A stretch of 64,000 nt of DNA. Origin: Synechococcales cyanobacterium. Its GTDB lineage: Bacteria > Cyanobacteriota > Cyanobacteriia > CAKZMO01. The stretch spans positions 3,283 through 67,282 of the forward strand of contig JAYKGU010000021.1 of assembly GCA_035285585.1 (NCBI GenBank), read 5' to 3'. The notes below the pieces were generated by a model. That model had not been told where the DNA came from and did not search any database. It saw nothing but the letters and a program-made list of their open reading frames with translations. Position numbers and translations under genes: made by a program. This document shows, piece after piece, positions 29,019 to 40,442 of this stretch. Numbering within the stretch: position 1 is the stretch's first letter; every line of letters starts with the position of its first letter.

Positions 29019-30989
29019 ATGTTAGGACATGTTGTCGGCGGACGGTACCAAATTCTCCAGCACCTGGGTGGTGGTGGGTTTGGACGGACCTATCTGGCAG
29101 AAGACAAACACCTGCCGGGGCAGCCTCAGTGCGTCGTTAAGCAACTCAAACCTCGTAACACCCACCCGCAGGCTCTGGAAGTGGCGCGGCGATTATTTGA
29201 GCGGGAGGCAGAGGTGCTGTATCTGCTGGGCAACCATCCCCAAATTCCCCGTCTGTTCGCCCACTTCGAAGAAAATCAGGAGTTTTATCTCGTCCAGGAG
29301 TTCATTGACGGCACTGTCCTCAGCCGCGAGATTCGTCGGGGGCAGACTCTCAGCGAAATGGACACAATCGGGCTGCTAAAAGAAATTCTCACCATTCTCC
29401 AATTCGTCCACGGGCAACACGTCATTCATCGCGACATCAAACCCTCCAACCTGATGCGGCGACACCAGGACCAGGCCATCGTGCTCATCGATTTTGGTGG
29501 CGTTAAGCAAATTGGGTCTGAATCCTCCGATGCGGAGCAGAGCAGCATTACGATCGCCATCGGCTCCTCTGGATACATGCCCAACGAGCAGCTAGCAGGC
29601 AAGCCCCGCTACAGCAGCGACATCTACTCAGTGGGCATGATTGGCATTAAGGCATTGACGGGCTGCAGCCCGGCGCAATTGCCCGAAGATTTGCGGTCGG
29701 GGGAAATTCTCTGGCGCGATCGCGCCCCCCACACTTCCGACGAGTTTGCCCACATTCTCGAGACTATGACCCGTTATGACTTCCGCCATCGCTATGAAAC
29801 CGTCGAAGCGGTGATTGCTGCCCTCGACAACCTGACGGCCCAGTCTGATACGGCGACCATGACCTACCAGAAGCCCACAGGCAAGCCTTCTCGTCCACCT
29901 GAGCAGCAGGATCCCGTCGAGGGTCAAGCCTCCCATCTGCCCGATGCCGTCGATCGCGCCACCACGTCCTCCTCCACCGAATTATCGGCCCACGTCGGGC
30001 TATCGACCCTGCTGTTAAACACAGGTCAGTCAGGCATTGATGCCACTGCAGCTAGTTCGGGAATTAGGGATGGCTATTTGGTCTGGTATGAGCGGGGAGA
30101 TGAGTTATTCCAGCAGCAGCGGTTTCAGCGGGCAATTCCCTGTTATGAAAAGGTGCTGCAGGCAGTACCCGACGACTATTTTGCCTGGTTTAAGCTGGCG
30201 ATGGCCCTGGAAAATGTGCAGCGTCACGTGGATGCGATCGCCTGCTACGACCGGGTCGTCCAGCTTCAGCCTGAGGATTATCTCGCCTGGTTTAAGCGGG
30301 GCAAGGCGCTGGAGCATCTCCAGCGGTACGAAGAGTCGCTGGCATCTTATGACCGCGTGGTGCAGATTCAACCGCGCAACTACTGGGTTTGGCACGAGCG
30401 GGGCATGGTGTTAGAAGCGCTGAAGCGCAACGAGGATGCCATCAGCGCCTTTGACCGGGCGGTGCAGCTCAAGCCCGATTTCCAGCTTGCCATTGAACAC
30501 CGGAAGCGGCTTTTGCGACAGTCGAAGCAAGTTAGCCGCCTGTACGATTTGCATCATTACGATGAGGCGATCGCCTCCTGCAACCAGGCCATCCGTGACC
30601 AGCCCGACAATGTGATGGCGTGGCTTATGCGGGGAATGGCGTTTGAAAACGCAAATCAGTATGCAGAAGCCATTCGTTCTTATCAACAGGTCATCCGGCT
30701 GCAGCGGGACGACCATCTCGCCTGGTTTAAGTGTGGCACTTTGTTGGAAAAACTAGAGCGCTATCCCGACGCCGCTAAAGCTTATCAAGAAGTGACCCGG
30801 CTCCAACCCGATAACTACTGGGCCTGGTATGACTGGGGACGGGTATCCGAAACGCTTCACGATTACGAGCAGGCGCTAACGGCCTACGATCGCGCCGCCC
30901 ACCTCAACCCAAATTTAGGCGAGGCGATCGCCGGACGCAAGCGAACCATGCAGCAGCTTAAGCTAATCTGCTCCGTCTCGTCTGAATAG
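29019..30989 (+). CDS. Ser/Thr protein kinase with C-terminal TPR repeats
   Basis: HRDIKPSNLM, DFGGVK, kinase subdomains; six or more TPR units at the C-terminus. Confidence 0.85.
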   Translation: MLGHVVGGRYQILQHLGGGGFGRTYLAEDKHLPGQPQCVVKQLKPRNTHPQALEVARRLFEREAEVLYLLGNHPQIPRLFAHFEENQEFYLVQEFIDGTVLSREIRRGQTLSEMDTIGLLKEILTILQFVHGQHVIHRDIKPSNLMRRHQDQAIVLIDFGGVKQIGSESSDAEQSSITIAIGSSGYMPNEQLAGKPRYSSDIYSVGMIGIKALTGCSPAQLPEDLRSGEILWRDRAPHTSDEFAHILETMTRYDFRHRYETVEAVIAALDNLTAQSDTATMTYQKPTGKPSRPPEQQDPVEGQASHLPDAVDRATTSSSTELSAHVGLSTLLLNTGQSGIDATAASSGIRDGYLVWYERGDELFQQQRFQRAIPCYEKVLQAVPDDYFAWFKLAMALENVQRHVDAIACYDRVVQLQPEDYLAWFKRGKALEHLQRYEESLASYDRVVQIQPRNYWVWHERGMVLEALKRNEDAISAFDRAVQLKPDFQLAIEHRKRLLRQSKQVSRLYDLHHYDEAIASCNQAIRDQPDNVMAWLMRGMAFENANQYAEAIRSYQQVIRLQRDDHLAWFKCGTLLEKLERYPDAAKAYQEVTRLQPDNYWAWYDWGRVSETLHDYEQALTAYDRAAHLNPNLGEAIAGRKRTMQQLKLICSVSSE

Positions 30990-31005
30990 CCGCTGCCCGG
31001 GTTAG

Positions 31006-31860
31006 CTAGTTAGCTTCTCCCTGGGACTGGGATTGCTGCGACTCAGGCAAACCCTCTGGCTCTAGCTCCAGTTCACGGGGTTCGGGCGTGGCAAGCTCCC
31101 GAAGTTCGGGAAGTTCTAGCAGCTCTTTCTCTGGGAGAGCCTGCTTTTCCTTCAGATCAAGCGGCAGCGATAGCGGTTTAGGCGTCTCGATCCAGCAGCT
31201 GGCGACGGGCAGGGTGTGCTCCAGGTCTTCGAGGGGACGGGGGATGACCATGACAGAATGCAGTTCACCAATGCGCTCGGCTTCGTGCATCCCCACTTCG
31301 ATGGCGATCGTGACATCGGCCACATTGCCGCGAATAATGGCCGTACATAGCCCCGATCCAATCATCTCGTAGGAGGCGAGCTGCACCTCAGCAGACTTGA
31401 GCATGGCATCGGCGGCCCCCACCATCGCCGGAAATCCACGGGTTTCCAGGAGGCCAACCGCCTGGTTGCTGAGGCGACTGTAGCCGTTGATTTCAGAAAT
31501 TTGTGCCAGACGGCTGCCGATGGGCAACACTGCATCCAGATTGGGCAGCGGACGGGGGATGACTGACTTAGACACGAGCTGGCCAAACTGCTGAGCTGTT
31601 TCTGCGCCGCTCTCTACGGCAATTCGCACGTCTGCCAGTCGTCCGCGCACCACCGCAGTGCAGTAGCCGCTACCGATTTTTTCGTATCCCAGGAGGGTGA
31701 CCCCAGCGGATTTGAGCATCATGTCGGCGGTGCCAATGATGGCCGGGAAACTGCGAGTGGAGACCAGCCCCAGCGCCGTGTGGCTGAAGTCGGGCGATCG
31801 CCCCGAACGCTGGCCCTGAACCATACCTCGTGCTTGCATGTTCACCGTTGTCTTCTCCAC
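31006..31860 (-). CDS. ccmO: Carboxysome shell protein CcmO (tandem BMC domains)
   Basis: Two BMC domains (ALGLVSTRSFPAIIGTADMMLKSAGV... and AVGLLETRGFPAMVGAADAMLKSAEV...). Confidence 0.8.
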   Translation of the reverse strand: MEKTTVNMQARGMVQGQRSGRSPDFSHTALGLVSTRSFPAIIGTADMMLKSAGVTLLGYEKIGSGYCTAVVRGRLADVRIAVESGAETAQQFGQLVSKSVIPRPLPNLDAVLPIGSRLAQISEINGYSRLSNQAVGLLETRGFPAMVGAADAMLKSAEVQLASYEMIGSGLCTAIIRGNVADVTIAIEVGMHEAERIGELHSVMVIPRPLEDLEHTLPVASCWIETPKPLSLPLDLKEKQALPEKELLELPELRELATPEPRELELEPEGLPESQQSQSQGEAN

Positions 31861-31877
31861 TTACAAAACCCGCTGCA

Positions 31878-32528
31878 TCAGTCTTCAACCTGGCTGTCAG
31901 GATTCTCATCAACCGCTGGGGCTGGGGACTCAGGCCCCTGCTGCCCTGGGCCACCCCGGTGAAACATCATCTGCATGAGCCGCTCCACCGATGTTCGCCC
32001 GTAGACATGGGCAAATTTAACCGTTGATGAGGAAACGAACGTCGCTGAAGGGGCACTGGGGTGCTGGCCTGCCTCTGCACAATCCGGATCGCCAGGGGGC
32101 GGAGCAGGCTGTTTTCCTGAGGTCTGCTCCGCAGGCGGGGCAGCAGCAGGGGAAGGCGGCGGCGGTGATCCACCATTTCCTGGGTCTTCCAGCAAACTCC
32201 CTGGGGCAACTACCTGCTGGGGGGCAACCTTTACCTCGAAGAGAATCGATGTTGCCGCACCAATGCAGGCTCCTTGGCCAATCAGGCCACACCCCATAAT
32301 CAGCACCCGCGAACCAATCGTGACATTATCCTGCACTTCCAGGATACCCTGGTGGGCGTGGAGAATGGAGCCTGCCCCAATGGAGACCCCCGCAGCGATC
32401 CGTAGCTGACTGTCAGGATCTGCCTGGAGGAGCACCCCTGACGCAATGACCGCTGACGGATGAATCGTAACATTTCCACCAATGAAGAAATGTGCTCCAT
32501 TCACTGATTCCGGCAACAGGCCATGCAT
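31878..32528 (-). CDS. ccmN: Carboxysome assembly protein CcmN
   Basis: N-terminal left-handed beta-helix hexapeptide repeats; Pro-rich linker; C-terminal encapsulation-peptide-like helix VYGRTSVERLMQMMF. Confidence 0.7.
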   Translation of the reverse strand: MHGLLPESVNGAHFFIGGNVTIHPSAVIASGVLLQADPDSQLRIAAGVSIGAGSILHAHQGILEVQDNVTIGSRVLIMGCGLIGQGACIGAATSILFEVKVAPQQVVAPGSLLEDPGNGGSPPPPSPAAAPPAEQTSGKQPAPPPGDPDCAEAGQHPSAPSATFVSSSTVKFAHVYGRTSVERLMQMMFHRGGPGQQGPESPAPAVDENPDSQVED

Positions 32529-32574
32529 TCAAAAATCCGCCTCCGGACTGATCGCTTTAGGTGACACTGAAGGG

Positions 32575-34662
32575 CTAAGGTCGCTGCACAATTAGCTCGA
32601 GTACCCGCCGCTTGGCATTGGGATCAATTCCAATGATGCGGACGTACTCTCCTACATGCTCGCTCAGGCAGGCCTCAATGGCAGCCACCGCCTCCGCTGG
32701 ACGACTAGACTGGATGGACGCACAGTTTTTCCACGAGCTGGTCTGGAAACGACGGGCATCGGCATACTCAATACCAATGCGGTAGCCCTGGGAAAGAAGC
32801 TGGTTCACCTGGCCCAGGATCTCCGGGGTCAGGGTCTGACTTTGAACCGCTGGGTTGCTGGTAAACCGGGTCGCCTCACGCGGAGAGGCTGCACTGCCTG
32901 CCGGATGAGCTGCTGGCGTGAAGGGACGCTGGACATCATCTGGTCGCTGGATGATCATTTCCAGCACCCGTCGCTTGGCGTTGGCATCAATGCCGATGAG
33001 CCGGACATATTCTCCAGCATGTTCAGCCAGGCAGGCTTCCAGGGCCGCAACCACCTCCCGGGGGCGGGTCGACTCGATGGGGGCACAACTCTTCCAGGAG
33101 CTGGTTTGGAAGCGACGGGCGTCGGCGTGCTCAGTACCGATGCGGTAGCCCTGGGAGAGAAGCTGGCTCACCTGATCCACCACTTCGGGCGGAAGAGCCT
33201 GGCTTTGAACGGATGACCTGTAGCCATTGGCCTGGGTGGCACGGGGGGGGGCCGCACTGCCCGCCGGGTGAGCGGCAGGGGTGAAGGATGGGGGGCGATC
33301 GCCCGGACGTTGAATAATAACTTCTAGTACACGCCGCTTGGCCTGGGTGTCAACCCCAACCAGCTTCACATACTCGCCGGGATGTTCGGCTAAACAGGCT
33401 TCCAGAGCGGCAAAGACATCTGCTTCCCTCGGCGACTCCACCATCGGGCAGGTTTTCCAGGAGCTGGTCTGGAAGCGACGGGCATCGGCATGCTCCATGC
33501 TGACGCGATGTCCCTGGGCCAAGAGCTGGCGCACCTGCTGGGCAAGGTCGCCACTTAAGGAGCCTGACGTTGCGGCTGGTGTCGGGCGGCTGCTACTGTA
33601 GCTGCTGCGACCATTTCCATTGGAGGACGGAGCCGACGAAGGCACATATCCGTGACCATTGCTGGAGGGATTGAGCTGCACAGCCGCATCTCCGGGACGC
33701 TGGATAATTTTCTCGAGCACCCGCCGCTTAGAGGCCGTATCGACGCCCAGCAGCCGGACGTAGTCACCCTCGTGCTCAGCCAGGCAGTTGGCGAGGGCGG
33801 CCAATACATCGCCTGGGCGACTAGAGGCAATGGGCGGACAGCTCTGCCACGAACTGGTTTGAAAGCGACGTCGATCAGCATACTCGGCACTCACACGGTA
33901 GCCCTGGGCCAGCAGTTGCTGCACATCAGAGGCGATCGCCCCGCTAATATCGGTTTGCCCCGGCGAGCTGGTGGAAGACATTGGTGAAGAATAGGTCGGT
34001 TTCATGGTGTTTGAGGTATTAGACTGGTAGCTCCGTTCTAGTTCGCTGCGAATGGCAGCAACGCAGGCGATATCTTCAGAGCAGCGATAACCCGATCGCA
34101 GTGCATCATTAACATCGACCACGTGGTTGGCAAACTGGACATCAAGGGATTGAACATCGGGTAGCTGGTCGGCCTGCTGCTGGGTGGTAATAATCGCGCC
34201 AGAGGGAACGTATTTTCCTGGTGGCACTTCAACGTCTTGAATAAGGGCATGCATCATAACAACGCAGCCCTTGCCAAGGCGAGCATTGAAAACGGTTGAG
34301 CGAAAACCAATGAAGCAGTTATCCCCCACGTAGGCTGGCCCGTGGATCAGGCACATGTGGGTGATTGAGGTGTTGCGGCCAATCCAAACAGAGTATTGCT
34401 GCTGATCGTCGCCAACTACGCGCCCCTGCTCCAAACCGTGGATGACCACCCCGTCTTGAACGTTGCTATTCTCGCCAATGTGGAAAGGATGCCCCTCATC
34501 GGCTCGAATGGATGTTCCGGGAGCAACCAGAACATCAGGGCCAATGTGAACATCCCCAATAATATTCGAGAAAGAGTGAACGTAGGCGGTTTCGTGGATC
34601 GTGGGCTGCGCCAAACTTTTCGACCAGGGAGTCGGTGGGGCAGCGGAGGTATGAGCAGCCAT
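32575..34662 (-). CDS. ccmM: Carboxysome scaffold protein CcmM (gamma-CA domain plus four SSU-like repeats)
   Basis: Gamma-carbonic-anhydrase hexapeptide domain at the N-terminus; four repeats of LAQGYR...[13 protein letters not shown] (RbcS-like modules). Confidence 0.9.
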   Translation of the reverse strand: MAAHTSAAPPTPWSKSLAQPTIHETAYVHSFSNIIGDVHIGPDVLVAPGTSIRADEGHPFHIGENSNVQDGVVIHGLEQGRVVGDDQQQYSVWIGRNTSITHMCLIHGPAYVGDNCFIGFRSTVFNARLGKGCVVMMHALIQDVEVPPGKYVPSGAIITTQQQADQLPDVQSLDVQFANHVVDVNDALRSGYRCSEDIACVAAIRSELERSYQSNTSNTMKPTYSSPMSSTSSPGQTDISGAIASDVQQLLAQGYRVSAEYADRRRFQTSSWQSCPPIASSRPGDVLAALANCLAEHEGDYVRLLGVDTASKRRVLEKIIQRPGDAAVQLNPSSNGHGYVPSSAPSSNGNGRSSYSSSRPTPAATSGSLSGDLAQQVRQLLAQGHRVSMEHADARRFQTSSWKTCPMVESPREADVFAALEACLAEHPGEYVKLVGVDTQAKRRVLEVIIQRPGDRPPSFTPAAHPAGSAAPPRATQANGYRSSVQSQALPPEVVDQVSQLLSQGYRIGTEHADARRFQTSSWKSCAPIESTRPREVVAALEACLAEHAGEYVRLIGIDANAKRRVLEMIIQRPDDVQRPFTPAAHPAGSAASPREATRFTSNPAVQSQTLTPEILGQVNQLLSQGYRIGIEYADARRFQTSSWKNCASIQSSRPAEAVAAIEACLSEHVGEYVRIIGIDPNAKRRVLELIVQRP

Positions 34663-34854
34663 AGAATATATCTCCTATATATCTCTTAGCTGAAGTGCGA
34701 TCGCCCAAGTCGCTGCTATGCGACTCGCTCAAGGGGTGCTGTTGAGCGGAAACCGACTTAACTGACGAGCTGCAAAGCCAATAAACAAATGACTTTGACT
34801 CTGGCTGATAACTGACATTAACCCCGGACCAATCACGGATCAGACTGGGCAGTT

Positions 34855-35157
34855 TTAGCGATCTTGATCACGCTTGCTGTAGAGAAAGCGCCGATCGATC
34901 GTGACTGTGTCAATGATGCCTACCACCAGAGCGTCAACTGGTCGAGTATCACCGCCCGGAGTTTGCCGAGCAGCACTCCCACGACTCACCAGAACCCATT
35001 CATCGATTCCTGCGCCCACGTTGTCAGCCGCAACCTCATATTCAGGCAGCGGATTACCGTCTTCGTCCATTAGCTGAACGAGCAGGAACTTCACCCCTGT
35101 GAGGCTTGGCTCCTTTTGGGTACTGACAACGGTGCCGCGAACTCTTGCAATCTGCAT
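34855..35157 (-). CDS. ccmL: Carboxysome vertex protein CcmL (EutN/CcmL pentamer family)
   Basis: MQIARVRGTVVSTQKEP...; 100 aa. Confidence 0.85.
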   Translation of the reverse strand: MQIARVRGTVVSTQKEPSLTGVKFLLVQLMDEDGNPLPEYEVAADNVGAGIDEWVLVSRGSAARQTPGGDTRPVDALVVGIIDTVTIDRRFLYSKRDQDR

Positions 35158-35162
35158 CAGGC

Positions 35163-35501
35163 TTATCGGCCAACCGGACGAATGCCAGTGACGCTTTCCC
35201 GGAAGGCTTCAACCGCCTCAGTGTAGCGGATTGGTAGCACATATTCCAGGTTTTCGTGGGGGCGGGCAATGATGTGGGTAGAAAGTACCTGACCACCATT
35301 GACTCGCTTGACGTTGTCAATTCCGGCGGCTACAGAGGCCTGCACTTCGGACACATCTCCGCGCACAATAACCGTTACCCGGCCACTGCCGATTTTTTCA
35401 TAACCAACCAGGGTTACCCGCGCTGCCTTCACCATCGCGTCTGCAGCTTCTACCACAGCAGGAAACCCCAGCGTTTCAACCATTCCAACAGCAATTGCCA
35501 T
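35163..35501 (-). CDS. ccmK: Carboxysome shell hexamer CcmK (track ORF extends to 35531)
   Basis: [57 protein letters not shown]. Confidence 0.9.
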   Translation of the reverse strand: MAIAVGMVETLGFPAVVEAADAMVKAARVTLVGYEKIGSGRVTVIVRGDVSEVQASVAAGIDNVKRVNGGQVLSTHIIARPHENLEYVLPIRYTEAVEAFRESVTGIRPVGR

Positions 35502-35786
35502 AGTTCGATCCCTTCCAGTCAGTGTTATCAAATAGGGCCAGAAATGCCAGCCAATGCCTCAGCTAAACATCTGGCCTCAAAGCTCTAAATTTTTGCTCAC
35601 GGGTCTGAACACCGTTGAACACGACCTGAGCAAGACATCTGAGTTACAGCAGCTCAGGGCTTGCGTAGCCTGGTGTTCAGACCGTTGAGGGCTAGATGCA
35701 CACCCAGACACATATCAGCTTACAAAAGTAAAGTACTGCTTTGCCTGGATGCGATCGCCCCTTGTCAGCCGGTTAACTCTGAGCCG

Positions 35787-36095
35787 TCAACTCCGGAATT
35801 GCTCAACCGCCTCGGTGTAGCGAATGGGCAGAACATATTCCAGGTTTTCGTGGGGGCGGGCGATGATATGGGTGGAAAGTACTTCGCCACCATTGACCCG
35901 CTTAGCATTCTCAATGCCGGCGGCGACGGAGGCTTGCACCTCAGAAACATCTCCGCGAACGATGACCGTTACCCGGCCACTACCGATTTTTTCATAACCA
36001 ACCAGGGTTACCCGTGCTGCTTTTACCATCGCGTCTGCAGCTTCTACCACAGCAGGAAAACCCAACGTTTCAACCATTCCAACAGCAATTGGCAT
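35787..36095 (-). CDS. ccmK: Carboxysome shell hexamer CcmK (second paralog)
   Basis: [40 protein letters not shown]...; near-identical to 35163..35501. Confidence 0.9.
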   Translation of the reverse strand: MPIAVGMVETLGFPAVVEAADAMVKAARVTLVGYEKIGSGRVTVIVRGDVSEVQASVAAGIENAKRVNGGEVLSTHIIARPHENLEYVLPIRYTEAVEQFRS

Positions 36096-36900
36096 CTCTA
36101 AATCTCCTAACTAAATCCAAGCCCCTAAAAAACACAAGAATTCCGCATTTTCTGATTCAAATACTGGGTAATGAATGACTCAGAAAAAGCACCTTAAAAT
36201 TCCAGCTTAAGCATACAGGGCCGCTCTTAGCTTTGGCAATATAAACCAAAATGATTATCTTAAATAAGATATATAATTCTAGCTTATAAAAGCCTTTGCC
36301 AACAGATCCGCTGCTGCTCACGCGACGCCCTATTCCCTTCTTTGCAGTTTTTTGGGGGTGGGGCACTGCGGGACAAGGGCGGAGTAAGCTGATAGAACAG
36401 AGCCATCACCAGCAACCCACTCTTCATTGTCATTTAAGATTGAAGTGAAAGACTTGATCGAATTAAGTCTCAAGGTATCTATATCAATCCTCAAATTTGG
36501 CAAGAATTATTCAAGGGGAGTTAGATTTCTTAACAATCTTTCCTCCCTATGGCACGGGTTTGGCAGGGAAGCGGTATGGGTAGCCTCAATCCTGCTACTC
36601 TAAATAAGTAAGCAGGAGATGAAGCATTTGTTACATTTATGCCCTGGCTACAGGGTAGTCCAAGTCTGTGGCTCTTTGAGGGCACTGTGCTTTGGGACTG
36701 CTGACAGCCAATGGTTCCCAGGTCGATTGCTAAAGCGCTATTGCATTTAATGTGGAGCAGTCTGGCTGATAAAGGGCCTGGTATGAGTAGCAGTGCATCT
36801 CCCTGGCGTCGGTGACGTCACCTACTGGCATGAGCGTGCGGTTCTGGCCTTTTTGATAGGCATCTTTTTTGGTAGACATCTTCAGAATGGGACGGTTGCA
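36096..36900. promoter_or_regulatory. ~800-bp divergent intergenic control region between the ccmK operon and the ndhF-ndhD-cup operon
   Basis: AT-rich stretch 36160-36300 (TATAAT-like hexamers); no long ORF; sits between two divergently oriented CCM operons. Confidence 0.5.
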
Positions 36901-38769
36901 ATGGAGCAGTTTTTACTGCAAACAAGTTGGTTGATTCCCTTCTATGGCCTGCTGGGAGCATTGTTAACCCTGCCGTGGTCTTCTGGGGTAATTGCCCGGA
37001 CGGGGCCTCGACCAGCGGCCTACCTCAATCTTTTGATGACCTCCCTGGCGGTTCTGCATGGCTCTATTGCGTTTTACCTGATCTGGCGATCGCCCCCCCA
37101 AACCTTCCTGCTGAACTGGCTCCAGGTAGCTGACCTCAAGCTAACACTGGCGGTGGAAATCTCCCCGGTCAACCTGGGTGCAATGGAGCTGGTCGCTGGC
37201 ATTAGCCTGTTGGCCCAGTTTTATGCCCTCGGCTACATGGAGAAGGACTGGTCGCTTGCCCGTTTCTTTGGCATGATGGGCTTCTTTGAAGCAGCCCTGA
37301 GCGGCATTGCCATTAGCGACTCGCTGCTGCTCAGCTATGGGCTGCTGGAGCTGTTAACCCTGTCTACCTACCTGCTGGTGGGCTTCTGGTATGCTCAACC
37401 TCTGGTGGTAACGGCGGCACGGGATGCGTTCCTCACCAAACGAGTGGGCGATATTATTTTGCTGATGGGCATTGTAGCCCTATCCAGCTATGGGGCAGGG
37501 CTATCCTTCTCTGAGCTGCAGTCCTGGGCCGAAACGTCGCCGCTGCCGCCGCTGGTCGCTGCCCTGCTGGGGTTGTCCTTAATTGCCGGACCGACCGGTA
37601 AGTGTGCTCAATTTCCCCTCAATCTCTGGCTAGACGAGGCCATGGAAGGCCCCAATCCCGCTGGAATTATGCGGAATTCCGTTGTGGTTTCTGCTGGGGC
37701 CTATGTGCTCATCAAACTGCAGCCGGTATTCAGCCTGTCCCCTGTCTCTGCCGATGCCCTGATCTTGATTGGAGCGGTAACAAGTGTAGGGGCGTCATTG
37801 GTGGCGATCGCCCAAATTGACATCAAGCGAGCATTATCTCACTCAACAAGCGCCTGGTTGGGGCTGGTGTTTATTGCCGTAGGGCTGGAGCAGGTTGACA
37901 TCGCCCTCATGCTGCTGATGGTTCATGCCCTGGCCAAGTCCCTGATGTTTATGAGCATCGGTTCAGTTATTTCTACCACCAGCAACCAGAACATTACCGA
38001 AATGGGCGGGCTTTGGTCGCGGATGCCTGCCACCACCAGTGCCTTCGCCGTCGGCGGAGCCAGCCTGATCGGCCTCCTGCCCCTGGGGGCCTTTTGGACG
38101 TTTCGGCGCTGGACAGGGGGGCAGTGGGACTTGCCCGGATGGCTGCTGCTCATCCTGTTGACCGTTAATTTACTGACCGCCATCAACTTTACGCGGGTCT
38201 TTCGCCTGGTTTTCTGTGGTGCGCCCCAGATGAAAACCCGTCGTACCCCTGAGGTGGGATGGCCCATGGCGCTGCCCATGGTAACCATGACCGCCATCGT
38301 GCTGCTGTCGCCGCTGATTCCTATGAACTGGTCGCTCTGGCTCAGTTCGATTCAGCCGCTAGGAAACACCGATCTGCCGATTGTAAGACTGGCATTGCCA
38401 GCACTGGTGCTGTCTGGGCTGGTTGGGGTCGTCATTGGGGCCACCATTGAGCTGCGTCGTGCCTGGTCGCGCCCTGCCCAGGTTTCCATGCGATTCACCC
38501 AGGATCTGTTAGCCTATGACTTTTACATCGATCGCCTTTACAACATTACCGTTGTCTGGCTGGTTGGCCAGGCTTCGAAGCTAACCGCCTGGTTTGATCG
38601 CTATGTGGTTGATGGAGCGGTCAACCTGCTGGGGTTTGCGGCAGTACTTAGCGGTCAGGCGTTGCGGTACAGCGCGTCGGGGCAGTCTCAGTTCTACATC
38701 CTGACGATTCTGATTGGCATGGTGGGGGTATTTATGCTGGCCCTGGGCTGGCTGGGTTGGCTGTTTTAG
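36901..38769 (+). CDS. ndhF: NDH-1 CO2-uptake subunit NdhF3/NdhF4 (track ORF starts at 36793)
   Basis: MEQFLLQTSWLIPFYGLLGA start; NuoL/NdhF proton-pumping membrane subunit; ~620 aa. Confidence 0.85.
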   Translation: MEQFLLQTSWLIPFYGLLGALLTLPWSSGVIARTGPRPAAYLNLLMTSLAVLHGSIAFYLIWRSPPQTFLLNWLQVADLKLTLAVEISPVNLGAMELVAGISLLAQFYALGYMEKDWSLARFFGMMGFFEAALSGIAISDSLLLSYGLLELLTLSTYLLVGFWYAQPLVVTAARDAFLTKRVGDIILLMGIVALSSYGAGLSFSELQSWAETSPLPPLVAALLGLSLIAGPTGKCAQFPLNLWLDEAMEGPNPAGIMRNSVVVSAGAYVLIKLQPVFSLSPVSADALILIGAVTSVGASLVAIAQIDIKRALSHSTSAWLGLVFIAVGLEQVDIALMLLMVHALAKSLMFMSIGSVISTTSNQNITEMGGLWSRMPATTSAFAVGGASLIGLLPLGAFWTFRRWTGGQWDLPGWLLLILLTVNLLTAINFTRVFRLVFCGAPQMKTRRTPEVGWPMALPMVTMTAIVLLSPLIPMNWSLWLSSIQPLGNTDLPIVRLALPALVLSGLVGVVIGATIELRRAWSRPAQVSMRFTQDLLAYDFYIDRLYNITVVWLVGQASKLTAWFDRYVVDGAVNLLGFAAVLSGQALRYSASGQSQFYILTILIGMVGVFMLALGWLGWLF

Positions 38770-38864
38770 TTGGGCGTTTGATCGGGTTTATTGAAAGAAT
38801 TGATCCATCTCTAGGTCGAGAGTGCATCGGTGTTAATTATTAGAAAAGTGGAGGGACTGGAAAG

Positions 38865-40433
38865 ATGCTGAGTGCGCTGATTTGGGTTCCACTCTTGGGT
38901 ACGATTTTCATCAGTTTGTTGCCCAAATCAATTCAGCCCCACTGGTACCGTCGGGCGGCTCTGGCGATCGCCATTAGTCTACTCGCCTGGACGGTAATAC
39001 TGGCCTTTCAGTTCGATGTCTCCCAGCCAAACCTCCAGTTCATCGAAGATATCACCTGGATCCGCCCCATTGGACTGAACTATCAGCTTGGGCTGGATGG
39101 GCTATCGTTGCCCCTGCTGGCCTTAAACAACCTGCTGACCATCATCGCCATCGTCAGCACCGACCACGACATTGAGCGGCCCCGCTTTTACTACGCGATT
39201 CTGCTTTTTCTGGGTGCGGGCGTTACTGGGGCATTTCTAGCTCAGGATGTGCTGCTGTTTTTCCTGTTCTATGAGCTGGAGATTGTTCCGCTCTACTTTT
39301 TAATCGCCATTTGGGGGGGCAAGCAGCGCGGCTACGCCGCCACCAAGTTTTTAATTTACACCGCCATTTCTGGCATCTTTATTCTGGCTGCCTTCCTGGG
39401 GCTAACCTGGCTCTCTGGGGCAGAGACATTTAACTACGACGCCCTCCGCTCCCAATCGGTGCCCCTGTCGGCCCAGGTGCTGCTGCTGGGCAGCTTGCTC
39501 ATCGGGTTTGGCATCAAAATTCCCTTTTTTCCACTGCATACCTGGCTCCCCGACGCCCACGTGGAAGCATCCACCCCCATCTCCGTTTTGCTAGCAGGGG
39601 TGTTGCTTAAGTTGGGCACCTATGGTCTGCTGCGCTTTGGAGTCGGGCTGTTCCTCGAAGCCTGGACTTATCTGGCACCGTGGCTGGCGGTGTGGGCCGC
39701 CGTGAGTGCGCTATATGGAACGTCCTGTGCGATCGCCCAAACTGACATGAAGCGAGTCGTGGCCTATTCCTCCATTGCCCACATGGCCTTTGTGCTGCTG
39801 GCCCTCTCCGCTACCACCCGCCTCAGCGTTACGGCGGCGGTGTTTCAGATGGTAAGCCACGGCCTCATCTCGGCCATGCTGTTTTTGCTGGTGGGCATGG
39901 TTTACAAGAAAACGGGCAGCCGGGATGTGAACTACCTGCGGGGTTTGCTCAACCCAGAGCGGGGTTTGCCCCTGACGGGCAGTTTGATGATTATGGGCGT
40001 GATGGCCAGTGCGGGGATCCCCGGTATGGTGGGCTTTATTGCTGAGTTTTTGGTATTTCGGGGCAGCTTCCCCATCTTTCCCCTGCAAACCCTGCTGTGC
40101 ATGGTAGCAACGGGCCTCACCGCTGTGTACTTTTTGCTGATGATCAATAAGGTGTTTTTTGGCCGCCTACCTGTTTACCTGGGCAACCTGCCGCCGGTAC
40201 TTTGGTCAGAGCGATTTCCGGCGATCGCCCTGGCTTGTCTGGTTCTGGTCTTGGGGCTACAGCCCGGTTGGATGGTGCGCTGGACTGAGCCAGAAGCCGG
40301 ATATCTCCTCACCGGCCAGTTTGCTGCTCAGCGGTTGCCCGACCCCAGTCCTATCCAGCATTCGTCCACTGCCCCTACCGTCTCCTTCGGTACTGGAAAT
40401 CTGCCAGCTTCCCTATCCTCCATTCGCGACTAG
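38865..40433 (+). CDS. ndhD: NDH-1 CO2-uptake subunit NdhD3/NdhD4
   Basis: MLSALIWVPLLGTIFISLLP; NuoM/NdhD family; 522 aa. Confidence 0.85.
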   Translation: MLSALIWVPLLGTIFISLLPKSIQPHWYRRAALAIAISLLAWTVILAFQFDVSQPNLQFIEDITWIRPIGLNYQLGLDGLSLPLLALNNLLTIIAIVSTDHDIERPRFYYAILLFLGAGVTGAFLAQDVLLFFLFYELEIVPLYFLIAIWGGKQRGYAATKFLIYTAISGIFILAAFLGLTWLSGAETFNYDALRSQSVPLSAQVLLLGSLLIGFGIKIPFFPLHTWLPDAHVEASTPISVLLAGVLLKLGTYGLLRFGVGLFLEAWTYLAPWLAVWAAVSALYGTSCAIAQTDMKRVVAYSSIAHMAFVLLALSATTRLSVTAAVFQMVSHGLISAMLFLLVGMVYKKTGSRDVNYLRGLLNPERGLPLTGSLMIMGVMASAGIPGMVGFIAEFLVFRGSFPIFPLQTLLCMVATGLTAVYFLLMINKVFFGRLPVYLGNLPPVLWSERFPAIALACLVLVLGLQPGWMVRWTEPEAGYLLTGQFAAQRLPDPSPIQHSSTAPTVSFGTGNLPASLSSIRD

Positions 40434-40442
40434 TCCTCTGCT

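Noticed and set aside
32575-34662. Nucleotide-level ~300-bp direct repeats that could be mistaken for a repeat array/CRISPR-like structure
   Set aside because: They are the four in-frame RbcS-like (SSUL) modules of CcmM; the spacers are coding and the units are far longer than CRISPR repeats.
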